A DNA stretch of 50,914 nucleotides from Armatimonadota bacterium (GCA_046483205.1 JAWODS010000237.1:1-50914); one strand, 5' to 3'. Shown: positions 8,596 through 18,543, numbered from the stretch's first letter. Numbers and translations: made by a program. The notes: generated from the letters alone by a model not told the origin.

Positions 8596-11500
8596 ATGCA
8601 TCGACCATATTATCTGGGGATAGACGTTGCCTCAGTTAGTGTGGATACCGCGGTTATCGACGCAGACACACACGAGGTACTCGAGGCGGAATACATCCGG
8701 CACAACGGCCAACCCATGAGGACGGCGGCCAACGCCATCCGCGACATTGTTGACCGCTATGGCGAAGCCGAGCTGAAGGGCATGGCGGCTACAGGTTCTG
8801 GTGGTCGTGTCATCGCCCGGGTCCTTGGCGCAGGGTTTATTAACGAGGTCGTGGCGCAGGCCAGCGCGGTAACCAACCTGTATCCCGAAGTCCGCACAAT
8901 TGTTGACATCGGTGGCGAGGATTCCAAGCTCATCTTCATCGGGCCCTCCGCCCAGGACGGGACACCCGAGTTGAAAGATTTCGCCATGAACACCCGCTGT
9001 GCCGCCGGGACCGGAAGCTTTCTGGACAAGCAGGCCTCCCGTCTCGGATTGAGCATCGAGCGGTTCGGAGAGATCGGCGCCCAGGTGGAGGATCCGCCAC
9101 GAGTCGCCGGACGCTGCAGTGTTTTTGCCAAGACCGATATGATCCATCTGCAGCAGAAGGGCACTCCCACCAACGCCATCGTCGCCGGTGTGTGCCATGC
9201 GCTGGTCCGAAACTTCAAGAGCACCGTGGCCACGGCCAGAGAGCTGAAAACTCCCATCGCCTTCCAGGGCGGCGTAGCGGCAAACGCCGGGATCCGCACG
9301 GCCATGGTCGAGGTCATGGAGATCGATGACGACGATCTCGTTATCCCCGAGCACTTCGGCTGCATGGGCGCCATCGGAGCAGTACTGAAGGGCATTGAGA
9401 CCGGCGAAGCCACCGCCCCCGACCTCGACAATCTCCAGAGACTTGATTCGTACGAGGAAGTTGCCGACACGGCGCCACTGAAGCCGCTCAAGCTCGAGAA
9501 GTCCACCATCATGCCCTCGGAGATTCACACGACTCGGGTGAATACCAGTGACCTGATACCGGCCTACCTGGGGATTGATGTGGGCTCGATTTCCACCAAC
9601 CTGGTGGTGATTGACAGCGACGGCAACCTGATGACCAAGGCGTATCTCATGACTGCCGGTGAGCCCCTGGAAGCCGTTCGCACGGGCTTGAAAATGATGG
9701 AAAAAGACGTCGGCGGCCTCGTGGATATCCGGGGTGTGTGCACCACCGGCTCCGGCCGCTATCTGACAGGCGATTTTGTCGGCGCCGATGTCGTGAAAAA
9801 TGAAATCACCGCCCACGCCCGGGGTGCGCTGTTTATTGACCCGAACGTGGACACGATCTTCGAAATCGGCGGGCAGGACTCCAAGTATATCAGCCTGCAA
9901 AACGGCAGCGTCATAGACTTTATGATGAATAAGGTCTGCGCGGCCGGAACGGGATCGTTTCTGGAGGAGCAGGCCGAGAAGCTGGATATTTCCATCAAGG
10001 ACGAATTTGCCGACCTCGCCCTGCAATCCGACACACCGCGCGACCTTGGCGAACGCTGCACTGTTTTCATGGAGACGGAAATGGTCAAGCACCAGGCGGC
10101 GGGCGCCACCACCGGCGAGCTGGTCAGCGGCCTGGCGTATTCGATCGTCAAAAACTACCTGAACCAGGTCGTCGGCAAACGCCGCATCGGAGACCACATC
10201 TTCTTCCAGGGCGGCACCGCATTCAACAAGGCTGTCGTCGCCGCCTTCGAAGAGGTCACCGGCAAGCCGATCATCGTCCCCCCTCATCACGAGGTCATGG
10301 GCGCCATCGGCTGTGCCGTCATCGCCATGGAGAACGACACCGGCGAGGGCAGCACCTTCCGCGGCTTCGATTTGAGTGAGCGCAATTACGAGGTCGAGAG
10401 CTTCATCTGCCACGACTGCCCCAATGAGTGCGAAATAAACGTGGTGAAGATCGAAAACGAAGAGCCCCTGTATTACGGCAGCAGGTGCGGCAAGTACGAT
10501 GTCGATCAATCGGAGAAGGAAAAGACGGATCTCCCGGATCTGTTCAAAGAACGGGAAAAGCTGCTCTTGCACTCTTACAAAGGGGAGCCGGATATTCCCG
10601 AAGACGCCCCGCGTGTCGGGGTTCCCCGCGCGCTTCTTTTCCATGACCTGTACCCGTACTGGCACGCGATGCTGAGCGAGCTGGGCTGCGAAATCGTGCT
10701 GTCGAATAAGACCAACAAGAGGATCCAGCACGAGGGCGCCGAGCGATCCGTCGCCGAGACGTGCTTCCCGATGAAAATCGCCCTGGGGCATATTTATAAT
10801 CTCGTGCGGGACAAAAACATTGACTACATCTTCCTGCCCAGTGTCATCAACCTGGAGAAGCAGGACCACGAGATGAACGACAGCTTCGTTTGCCCGTATT
10901 CGCAGAGCATCTGCTACACCAGCCGCGCCGCGGTGGATTACGATAAATACGGTGTGAAGGTCCTGGCGCCGACGGTGTATTTCGAATACGGCCACAAACA
11001 CCGGATGAAGGCTTTCGGCGAGATGGCTGAGCGGCTGGGAGCGACAAAAGCCGACCTCTCTCGGGCGCTGGAAGCCGGTGACGAGGCTCTTGAGTATTTC
11101 CGCACCGAAAAAGTGAAGCGAGGGAAACAGGTCCTCGACCAGCTTGGCGACGACGAATACGCCATTGTCGTCGTCAGCCGATCGTACAACGGCTGCGATC
11201 CGGGTGCAAACCTGGAGATACCCCAGAAGATTCGGGAGATGGGCGTGCTGCCGATTCCCATGGACTACCTCCCGCTGGATGAAGTGCAGCTGCGTGGCGA
11301 CTGGTGGAATATGTACTGGCGCTACGGCCAGCAGATTCTCGCGTCGGCAGAAATCGTTTCCGAAGACGCGCGCCTGTATCCCATCTATATCACCAACTTC
11401 GGGTGTGGTCCGGATTCGTTCATTACCCAGTTCTTCCAGGAGCGACTGGGCGGCAAGCCCATGCTGATCATGGAAGTTGACGAACACTCCGCAGACGCCG

Positions 11501-12819
11501 GGATGATTACACGCTGTGAGGCGTTTCTAGACAGTATCGAGGCCACCCGCGGGATGACCTACAGCCCCGGACGCGAGTTCCGGCCACTGACGATCACGCG
11601 CTCCAGCGACCGGGAGATGCTGATACCGAACATGAGCAGCCACGCCTATGCCCTGGCGGCCGCCTTCAGAGCCTCGGGCATGGACGCCCGACCGCTTCCG
11701 GAGCCGGACGAGGAAACCCTGGAATGGGGACGCAAGCATACCACTGGCAAGGAATGCTTCCCCTGCGTGGTTACCACCGGCGATATGGTGAAGTTCGTCC
11801 ACAGCGACGAGTTCGACCCCGACCGGCACGCCTTCTTCATGGGTGGCTCCGGCGGACCCTGCCGCTTCGGGCAATATAACGCCCTGCAGCGGATGGTGCT
11901 GGATGACCTGGGATACGAAGATGTTCCCATCTACGCGCCCAACCAGAGCTCCAGCTTCTTCGACGACCTTGGCATTGTTGGCCGAAAGTTCCTGCTGCAG
12001 GGATGGCGGGGACTGGCGGCCATGGACATGATCGAGAAGGCCCGCCGCGAGTTCAAACCGTACGAAGTCAACGAGGGCGAAACCGAAAAAGTCTTCCTGG
12101 AGTGCCGCGACCTGATCGAGCGTACGCTCGAAAAGAACGGCAATCTCGTCGAGGCGATGCAAACGGCGGCGCAGACATTTGCCCGTATCGAGGTGGACAG
12201 ATCAGAGCAGAAGCCCATCATCGGTGTCACCGGCGAGTTTTACATCCGGCAAAACGATTTCAGCAACCAGAACCTCGTCGAAAAGATCGAGGAGCTTGGC
12301 GGAGAGGTGTGGATCGCGCCTGTCGAGGAGTGGTTTTTGTACCGCAACTTCCGGCGCGACATGCGGGCGAAGCTGGACAGCGACTGGATACTGCGCCTGA
12401 AAAACGTGGCCATGGACTGGTTTATGAAACGCGAGGAGCACGCTCTTGTTGAGCCGTTCAAGGATATCCTGCGAAGCGCGGAGGAACCCTCCAGCATGGA
12501 AGTGCTGGAAATGGCCGAACCGTACCTGGACCGCAGCTTCGAGGGCGAGGGTGTCATGACCATCGGCAAGGCCATCGACTTCGTGAACAAGGGCCTCAGC
12601 GGTATCGTGACGGTCATGCCCTTCACCTGCATGCCCGGGACCGTCTCACACGCACTGATGCGGCTGGTGAAAGAGGAGTATGACGGGATTCCGACACTGA
12701 ACATGGTGTACGACGGTTCCGAGCAGTCGACCGCGCAGACGCGGCTGGAGGCGTTCATGTACAGCGCCCGCGAGTTCATGCGCAACCACAAAAAAGACCA
12801 GCAGACCGCCGCACACTGA
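8596..12819 (+). CDS. BcrAD/BadFG-type CoA-enzyme activase fusion protein (two ATPase modules plus DUF2229/HgdB-like C-terminal region)
   Basis: 1407 aa. Two acetate/sugar-kinase-fold activase modules each carry the cluster-ligand motif CAAGTGSFL (RCAAGTGSFLDKQA and VCAAGTGSFLEEQA) and a DIGGEDSK / EIGGQDSK phosphate loop. The long C-terminal part matches the architecture of 'acyl-CoA dehydratase activase-related' giant fusions. ATG 8596 is preceded by GGGAGGA. Confidence 0.9.
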   Translation: MHRPYYLGIDVASVSVDTAVIDADTHEVLEAEYIRHNGQPMRTAANAIRDIVDRYGEAELKGMAATGSGGRVIARVLGAGFINEVVAQASAVTNLYPEVRTIVDIGGEDSKLIFIGPSAQDGTPELKDFAMNTRCAAGTGSFLDKQASRLGLSIERFGEIGAQVEDPPRVAGRCSVFAKTDMIHLQQKGTPTNAIVAGVCHALVRNFKSTVATARELKTPIAFQGGVAANAGIRTAMVEVMEIDDDDLVIPEHFGCMGAIGAVLKGIETGEATAPDLDNLQRLDSYEEVADTAPLKPLKLEKSTIMPSEIHTTRVNTSDLIPAYLGIDVGSISTNLVVIDSDGNLMTKAYLMTAGEPLEAVRTGLKMMEKDVGGLVDIRGVCTTGSGRYLTGDFVGADVVKNEITAHARGALFIDPNVDTIFEIGGQDSKYISLQNGSVIDFMMNKVCAAGTGSFLEEQAEKLDISIKDEFADLALQSDTPRDLGERCTVFMETEMVKHQAAGATTGELVSGLAYSIVKNYLNQVVGKRRIGDHIFFQGGTAFNKAVVAAFEEVTGKPIIVPPHHEVMGAIGCAVIAMENDTGEGSTFRGFDLSERNYEVESFICHDCPNECEINVVKIENEEPLYYGSRCGKYDVDQSEKEKTDLPDLFKEREKLLLHSYKGEPDIPEDAPRVGVPRALLFHDLYPYWHAMLSELGCEIVLSNKTNKRIQHEGAERSVAETCFPMKIALGHIYNLVRDKNIDYIFLPSVINLEKQDHEMNDSFVCPYSQSICYTSRAAVDYDKYGVKVLAPTVYFEYGHKHRMKAFGEMAERLGATKADLSRALEAGDEALEYFRTEKVKRGKQVLDQLGDDEYAIVVVSRSYNGCDPGANLEIPQKIREMGVLPIPMDYLPLDEVQLRGDWWNMYWRYGQQILASAEIVSEDARLYPIYITNFGCGPDSFITQFFQERLGGKPMLIMEVDEHSADAGMITRCEAFLDSIEATRGMTYSPGREFRPLTITRSSDREMLIPNMSSHAYALAAAFRASGMDARPLPEPDEETLEWGRKHTTGKECFPCVVTTGDMVKFVHSDEFDPDRHAFFMGGSGGPCRFGQYNALQRMVLDDLGYEDVPIYAPNQSSSFFDDLGIVGRKFLLQGWRGLAAMDMIEKARREFKPYEVNEGETEKVFLECRDLIERTLEKNGNLVEAMQTAAQTFARIEVDRSEQKPIIGVTGEFYIRQNDFSNQNLVEKIEELGGEVWIAPVEEWFLYRNFRRDMRAKLDSDWILRLKNVAMDWFMKREEHALVEPFKDILRSAEEPSSMEVLEMAEPYLDRSFEGEGVMTIGKAIDFVNKGLSGIVTVMPFTCMPGTVSHALMRLVKEEYDGIPTLNMVYDGSEQSTAQTRLEAFMYSAREFMRNHKKDQQTAAH

Positions 12820-12843
12820 CCGGGGCTGTCTTCAAAAAAGCTC

Positions 12844-12875
12844 AGACCGGGGGAATCGCTCCCCCGGTCTTTTTC
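12844..12875 (+). terminator. Rho-independent terminator of the activase gene
   Basis: Perfect 11-bp stem AGACCGGGGGA / TCCCCCGGTCT with a 5-nt loop (ATCGC), followed by TTTTT. It starts 25 nt after the stop codon. Confidence 0.8.
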
Positions 12876-12961
12876 ATCGCCGGTCTCTTTCCTTCAGGTC
12901 TGTGTCGCGCCTTATCGCAACATCCGCGGACGGTCACTCCGCCAGACAGTTCGCTCCGTAA

Positions 12962-13000
12962 CGAAAGAAAGCACAACTCGGTGCAGGGGGCTGCTGCACC
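12962..13000 (-). terminator. Possible terminator of the GerW-family gene
   Basis: 7-bp stem GGTGCAG / CTGCACC (12980-13000). On the minus strand a T-rich stretch (GCTTTCTTTCG) follows, but only after a 7-nt gap. Confidence 0.3.
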
Positions 13001-13030
13001 CTTCGGAGAGTGGCCGTTGAGCGGCTGTTT

Positions 13031-13393
13031 TTATGATCTCGGACGCAGGACCAGCCCCAGAAAACACAGGGCCGCCGCTCCCAGTATCATCCCGCCGAAG
13101 AGAATCTTATTGGTGTCGATAATGGGGTGAACGATGGTCTCGTCATCAGAGACTTCAACGACCGCCACAGGTTCGGCGTTCATGCCGCCGCCCCCTCCGC
13201 CACCCTCGCCCTCTTCTGCATCGGGCTCATCATCGGGTTTGCCGCGCCCAAAGCCGCCTGCGAAGAAGGCTTTGACGCTGGCGACAGGGACGAATGAACG
13301 GCCGTTGAGCTCCACCGGCTCGCCAAAGACGCGCTCGACATTCGCGGCATCCTGTACATCAGAAATCGTCTGAACGAACTTTTCAATTGCCAT
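13031..13393 (-). CDS. GerW/YtfJ family protein (Spore_YtfJ-like) with C-terminal transmembrane helix
   Basis: VERVFGEPVELNGRSFVPVASVKAFFAGGFGRG, then a Gly-run (GGGGGGGM), then EPVAVVEVSDDETIVHPI. This is the typical YtfJ/GerW pattern. GGAGG lies 8 nt upstream of ATG 13393. Confidence 0.75.
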   Translation of the reverse strand: MAIEKFVQTISDVQDAANVERVFGEPVELNGRSFVPVASVKAFFAGGFGRGKPDDEPDAEEGEGGGGGGGMNAEPVAVVEVSDDETIVHPIIDTNKILFGGMILGAAALCFLGLVLRPRS

Positions 13394-13440
13394 GCAACTC
13401 GCCTCCAGGCTGTTTGTGATTTACGCCATGTACGGCAGGC

Positions 13441-14871
13441 TTATTGAGCAGGTGAAGAGAGAATGTCGGCAATATGCTCCTCGGTTGCTCGCACCTGTTC
13501 AATGATGGCGCCGGCTTCTATAAATCGCGTGGCGAGCTCTTCATCAGTGAGATTCGCCGCACTGTCGGGGTCCGGTATCGGGAAATTATCCTGCAGCAGA
13601 CTCACTTCGGTTTCAAAAAGCGCGGCCGTTTTCAAAAGCACGCCGGCGAGCTGTGGGGCAGCGGTTTGTGCGCTGCTGCGGCAAAATGTCGCCGCCAGGG
13701 TCCGGCCGCCTATCAGCGATTTCCGGGGGCCGGCCGCCCACACCAAAAGCTCGTTCATCCGCTCGCGGTTCATCTCGGTTCCGGCCTCGTGGAGATCTTC
13801 GCCAAGCTGCACCAGGCCCCGTATGCCGGGAATGAGGGGGCCGTATGTGCGGGCGTCGGTCATGACCCGGGAGGCCTGCCGCAGCGTTTCGACAGTCATC
13901 TTTGGCCTGTCCTGCGACTGTTCAACCGGCGTGATGGTGATGAGGGGATAGGTCCCCTTACTCTTCGGATCGCCGGCGGGATACAGTGTCCTGTAGGGGC
14001 CCTTCCACCGTGATTCGAGATCCTGCCAGCCGTACTGCTGTGCCCCGACAGGAGGTATCTGCACCGACAGCGCGTTCGTCTCCTTATCTGGAGGTGCGCT
14101 GATGAGGCCCCACACAGCTTCATCGTAGGAGGCGAAAACAGGAGACTGTGGCGGTCTCATGGCGATCATGCAGACTTTTCCGGCGTCCAGTGCCGCTTTC
14201 AAATGCCCTGCCGCATCTGTTGCCTGGCGGTCCTGGTGGGTTTCAATCTGCAGGCCAAGAATGCGGCCGGCCGCCAGCACCGGGTGGTGGTAGTATGGCC
14301 GCATCGACCAGTATTGTGGCAAATCGACATTGTAGGTGAAGGCAAACGCATCACCGCTCAAAGCGCTGACCTCCGCAAGGGAAAGCTGCAGGCCCGCTGC
14401 ACGACTGATAGCATCGGCAAGCACCGGCCCGTGCGAGCCGCCTGTGACGGAGAGCTTGATGTTACTAAATGACGTGCCGCTGAGAGTGCAGTGAGCCATG
14501 TCCGTCCCCGCCAGGTTCGTATCCAAAAAGGTCGCACCGCTTAAATCGGCATCCGAGAAGATACAGCCGGACAGATTTGTGTCGCGAAAGATGATCCCCC
14601 GCAGCGTCGCATCGGAGAAATTCGCCCCCTGAAGATCGGTTCCCACAAAGATGCCGCCACGCAGGTCCGCTCCCGACCAGTTCGTATCGGAAAGCTGGAC
14701 ATCACGGAAGCTGGTCGCCGGCAGTGTCGCCCCCGACATATCGCCGCCCGGCTGCAGGCGTGCCTCTTCTTTGAGGGCGGACAGTTCATTGACGAAAGTG
14801 ATATCCCCTGCCCGGGCCGGGAAGGTCGAAGCCACGGCGATAATCAATATGATACAGGAACGAAGCCTCAT
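13441..14871 (-). CDS. Secreted pentapeptide-repeat protein with a large uncharacterised C-terminal domain
   Basis: Signal peptide from ATG 14871 (MRLRSCIILIIAVASTFPARAG). About 100 aa of A(D/N)LxG-type pentapeptide repeats (GADLRGGIFVGTDLQGANFSDATLRGIIFRDTNLSGCIFSDADLSGATFLDTNLAGTDMAHCTLSG). The remaining ~330 aa are unassigned. The track's 20-codon N-terminal extension is not needed. Confidence 0.75.
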   Translation of the reverse strand: MRLRSCIILIIAVASTFPARAGDITFVNELSALKEEARLQPGGDMSGATLPATSFRDVQLSDTNWSGADLRGGIFVGTDLQGANFSDATLRGIIFRDTNLSGCIFSDADLSGATFLDTNLAGTDMAHCTLSGTSFSNIKLSVTGGSHGPVLADAISRAAGLQLSLAEVSALSGDAFAFTYNVDLPQYWSMRPYYHHPVLAAGRILGLQIETHQDRQATDAAGHLKAALDAGKVCMIAMRPPQSPVFASYDEAVWGLISAPPDKETNALSVQIPPVGAQQYGWQDLESRWKGPYRTLYPAGDPKSKGTYPLITITPVEQSQDRPKMTVETLRQASRVMTDARTYGPLIPGIRGLVQLGEDLHEAGTEMNRERMNELLVWAAGPRKSLIGGRTLAATFCRSSAQTAAPQLAGVLLKTAALFETEVSLLQDNFPIPDPDSAANLTDEELATRFIEAGAIIEQVRATEEHIADILSSPAQ

Positions 14872-15024
14872 CCATATCACCTCGTCGGCTGTGTCGAAAA
14901 GCCGGTGGACTATTATGTGGTTGGGCGTCATCAGCCCCTCGATGCCTCCTTCAGGCAGGCTCGGGAGGGGATTGTACCAATGAGTGGGTCTTGTCTGCAG
15001 GACTAATAAAGGAGTATACTATCA

Positions 15025-18000
15025 ATGCTGGGAAAATATAAGGGCATCGCAATCAATAAATCGGAATACAGGAGGAGATCCGGCGTGGTCAACTCCAGCA
15101 AATCCCGACGGGCATGGTCGTGTGTCCGCGCGTCTTATGTGCTCATCGCAGCAATGGTCGCATTCCTGTCTGTACCGGCCTTTGCACAAAACAACGGCCC
15201 GGTGGAACTCGAAACGGTATCCCCGCAGATGTACACGATCAACCGGCCCGACGGCACGGCTGTCACTGTGCCCGACGAGGCGGCTTCTGGACAGATACTG
15301 GTGCAGATGACCCGCATGGCCACCCGGGATGACCTCGCGCGCGTGCTGGCTCAAACCAACACCGAAGTGCTTCACAGCTACCGCACCCCGGGGCTTTTTT
15401 TGCTGCAGCTTCCTGAAGGGCAAAGTGTTGTTGACGCCCAGCGAGAGCTGTCGGGGATGCAGGGCGTTCAATACGCTGCGCCCGACCGTGTAAAGCATCT
15501 CTTCCGCACGCCCAATGACACCGATTACACCCAGCAGTGGCACTACCCCGTGATCGCCGCCCCGGATGCGTGGGACATCCAGACCGGCTCCTCCTCAACC
15601 GTTGTCGCGGTTATTGACGACGGCATTCAGCTCGACCATCCCGACCTTTCGGGCAAGATCTGGGTTAACACCGGTGAAATCCCGGATAACGGCATCGATG
15701 ATGACGGCAACGGATATGTCGATGATGTCAACGGCTGGGACTTCATCCAGCGCAATAACGATCCGAGCCCGAATCCTGTGGATGGGGCCGATGACGTGCA
15801 TCATGGCACACATGTGGCCGGTCTCATCGGTGCGATGACCAACAATATGGAGGGTGTCGCCGGCATGGACTGGGGCTGTCGGCTCATGGCCTGCCGGGTA
15901 TTTCATACGGGCATGGAAACACTTGACAGCCACGTGATGGCGGCCATCGAGTACGCTGTGGACAACGGTGCCGACATCATCAACATGAGCCTCGGAGGCG
16001 GCTACAACCCGGCGTACAATCCGATATTCGCAAACGCCGTGGAGCAGGGGGTTCTGCCGGTTGCGTCGGCCGGAAACTTTGGCTACGCATTCACAGACAA
16101 CCCCGATGAGCCAAACCGTCCGTGGTTGTCGCCTGTGTGTAATGATGGCGAAGATTTCGTTGACAACAACGTGCTGGGTGTGGGAGCGACCGGCCGCAAC
16201 GACATCGTCGCCGATTTCTCAAATCTCGATGCATCAGCCCGCAACTTCGTGGACGTCATGGCCCCCGGCGTGGAGATATACAGCACACTGTATTACGACC
16301 CCGAGTATCCCGGCGGCACATACGGCAGGCCCTACGGCTGGCACACCGAGAACGGAGAGGTTATGAGCGGCACCTCCATGTCGTGTCCCATTGTTGCCGG
16401 CCTTGCCGCGATCATTCGGGCTGAATTCTCGCAATTCAGCCCTGAGGGGCTTATCACACAGATCCGCGCCGCAGCCGAAAACATCGACGAGGAAAATCCG
16501 CAGTATGCCGGGCAGATGGGAGAGGGCCGTATCAATGCCGTCAACTCTCTTGTTGACCAGGAGCCCCGCCTGCCCCGCACCTTCTCAGCATTCGACAAGC
16601 CCAATGACGACGGCGGATATATCCAGGTCGTCTGGCAGCATTCTCCCGACGACGGCGCGGGCTTCGATGATGTCACCGGCTATATGCTGCAGCGAGCAAC
16701 CGACGCCGAAGGCCCCTGGACCACGCTGGAAACGTATGAGCCCGGCGGAGAGACGCAGTATGTTGACGCCGTCGGTGAAGATGCGCCTCCGTACTATTAC
16801 CGCCTGGGGGTCAGCGACGCTTCACAAACCGTCTATACCGCCCCGGTCGGTCCCGTGGAGGCGCGTGACGACACGCCGCCGCCGGCCCTGGCCGAAGGTG
16901 AGCTTGTCGCCGGTGATGTCCAGGGCGATGATGGTGGAGCCATCCAGTTGAACTGGGACGCATACACCCCACCTGATGATTTCTTCGCATACCGCGTCTG
17001 GCGGGCAAAGGAGCCGTTTGACGATGTCACCAACTTCCCGGAGCCCCTGGACAGGATTCTGGACGATGAGCAAAAGAGTTATACTGACCACAACGACGTC
17101 CAAGACGGGGTCGAATATTACTACGCCGTGACCGTCCAGGATGAGGAGACCCCACCCAACGAGATTATGCAGGTGAACGCCGTGGGTCCGGTTGTGGCCA
17201 GTCCGAACTTTACCTTCAGATACCCGGCCGGGCTTTCGATGATCGCGATCGGCGCGACGCCTCATAATTCCAATATGGGAGCCATTTTTGGTGTTGAGAA
17301 CCCCGGTGACCTGCAGCTCGCACGCTGGGATCCCACCGCCCAGCCCGACGGTACCTATGTGGTGTACTCGCAAAGTCCCCAGTCGCCGTTCCTCCAGCAG
17401 CGTCTCGGGCGCGGCTTCTGGTATCGAACACCGGTGCAAAAGCCGCTCAATATCAGTGGCATGCCTGCACCGGAGGGCCGTGTGTCGGTCAATGTCAGAA
17501 AGGGCTGGAACCAGCTCGGCAACCCCTACACCGCCGATATGCCCCTCGAAGGCGCCCAGGTGGAAGTTCTTGGAACCATGATGTCGCTTGAGCAGTCAGA
17601 TGATAATGGATACACCCGGGATTACGTGTGGCGCTATGACACCTTTACAAACAGCTACAAGCTGGTCAGCGCGACACTGCCCTTCCTGCCGGAGAGCCAG
17701 CGCTCTATTCCGAGGGGCGAGGGCTTTTACTTCCGGTCGCTGACTGACCAGGTGACACTGTATCTGCCCCGCCCGACGGTTGAACAGGCCAGCAGCCAGC
17801 GGGCGCCTGCCCCAAAACCGCAGGTGGATGAGAACAACTGGGCCCTCAGGCTGCAGGCCGCAATGGCCGATCAGGCGGATGTTGACAACTTCATCGGCGT
17901 CAGTCCACAGGCCGAAACATGCAGCAATGTGGCCAGCCCGCCGCACATTGACGGCGGCGTGGATTTGAGCTTTGTGGATGATAGTGGCAACAAATCGGCC

Positions 18001-18543
18001 ACAGAATTCGTCCAAAGCGTTAAAGCGGGTCACACGTGGACGGCGACGGTCTCGGCCGACAAACCTGGAGCATCGGTGCGGCTGAGCTGGCCAGACCTCA
18101 CGCAGGTCCCGTCTGACCTTCGCCTGACACTCGAAGACGCCAGCACCGGTCAGACTCAGAATATGCGCACAACGACCGGCTATGAATACACGGTGACCGA
18201 GGACGCCACACCACGGCGCTTCAAAATTACCGTATCGGATAAAACAGCCAATGCGCTTACTGTTAACTCACTACAGGCGGTCGAAACGCGGGCCGGGGCA
18301 CAGATCAGCTTTACGCTATCTGAGTCCGCCGAGGTTGATGTTGAGATCTTCAACATCGCCGGCCGCCGCGTGTGCTCGGTGGCGTCAGGAAGTCTCGCGA
18401 CCGCCGGCACCAACACTTACGTATGGAACGGCCGGGGCAATACAGCCCCTGCGCCACCCGGGCGCTACCTGGTCTCGGTGGTTGCACGCGCCGATGACGG
18501 CACACTCGTCAAGGCAGTCCGTTCTCTGCAGCTTCGTCGCTAA
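15025..18543 (+). CDS. Large secreted S8 peptidase with propeptide, two FN3-like modules, an uncharacterised module and a C-terminal FlgD-Ig-like domain
   Basis: S8 triad: VAVIDDGIQLDHPDL, HHGTHVAGLIGA, GTSMSCPIVAGLAA. Ca-binding-type insert NGIDDDGNGYVDDVNGWDF. Two modules open with NDDGGYIQVVW and GDDGGAIQLNW. The C-terminus (ISFTLSESAEVDVEIFNIAGRRV...YVWNGRGN...GRYLV) is FlgD-Ig/sorting-domain-like. AGGAG lies 11 nt upstream of ATG 15025. The signal peptide has a possible twin-arginine-like SRRAWS. Confidence 0.9.
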   Translation: MLGKYKGIAINKSEYRRRSGVVNSSKSRRAWSCVRASYVLIAAMVAFLSVPAFAQNNGPVELETVSPQMYTINRPDGTAVTVPDEAASGQILVQMTRMATRDDLARVLAQTNTEVLHSYRTPGLFLLQLPEGQSVVDAQRELSGMQGVQYAAPDRVKHLFRTPNDTDYTQQWHYPVIAAPDAWDIQTGSSSTVVAVIDDGIQLDHPDLSGKIWVNTGEIPDNGIDDDGNGYVDDVNGWDFIQRNNDPSPNPVDGADDVHHGTHVAGLIGAMTNNMEGVAGMDWGCRLMACRVFHTGMETLDSHVMAAIEYAVDNGADIINMSLGGGYNPAYNPIFANAVEQGVLPVASAGNFGYAFTDNPDEPNRPWLSPVCNDGEDFVDNNVLGVGATGRNDIVADFSNLDASARNFVDVMAPGVEIYSTLYYDPEYPGGTYGRPYGWHTENGEVMSGTSMSCPIVAGLAAIIRAEFSQFSPEGLITQIRAAAENIDEENPQYAGQMGEGRINAVNSLVDQEPRLPRTFSAFDKPNDDGGYIQVVWQHSPDDGAGFDDVTGYMLQRATDAEGPWTTLETYEPGGETQYVDAVGEDAPPYYYRLGVSDASQTVYTAPVGPVEARDDTPPPALAEGELVAGDVQGDDGGAIQLNWDAYTPPDDFFAYRVWRAKEPFDDVTNFPEPLDRILDDEQKSYTDHNDVQDGVEYYYAVTVQDEETPPNEIMQVNAVGPVVASPNFTFRYPAGLSMIAIGATPHNSNMGAIFGVENPGDLQLARWDPTAQPDGTYVVYSQSPQSPFLQQRLGRGFWYRTPVQKPLNISGMPAPEGRVSVNVRKGWNQLGNPYTADMPLEGAQVEVLGTMMSLEQSDDNGYTRDYVWRYDTFTNSYKLVSATLPFLPESQRSIPRGEGFYFRSLTDQVTLYLPRPTVEQASSQRAPAPKPQVDENNWALRLQAAMADQADVDNFIGVSPQAETCSNVASPPHIDGGVDLSFVDDSGNKSATEFVQSVKAGHTWTATVSADKPGASVRLSWPDLTQVPSDLRLTLEDASTGQTQNMRTTTGYEYTVTEDATPRRFKITVSDKTANALTVNSLQAVETRAGAQISFTLSESAEVDVEIFNIAGRRVCSVASGSLATAGTNTYVWNGRGNTAPAPPGRYLVSVVARADDGTLVKAVRSLQLRR

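Noticed and set aside
8632-11487. 951-aa ORF on the minus strand.
   Set aside because: It lies entirely antisense to the activase gene, whose product has unmistakable family motifs. The antisense translation is low-complexity and rich in Arg, Gly, Ala and Val, with no recognisable motif. This is a typical GC-driven shadow ORF.
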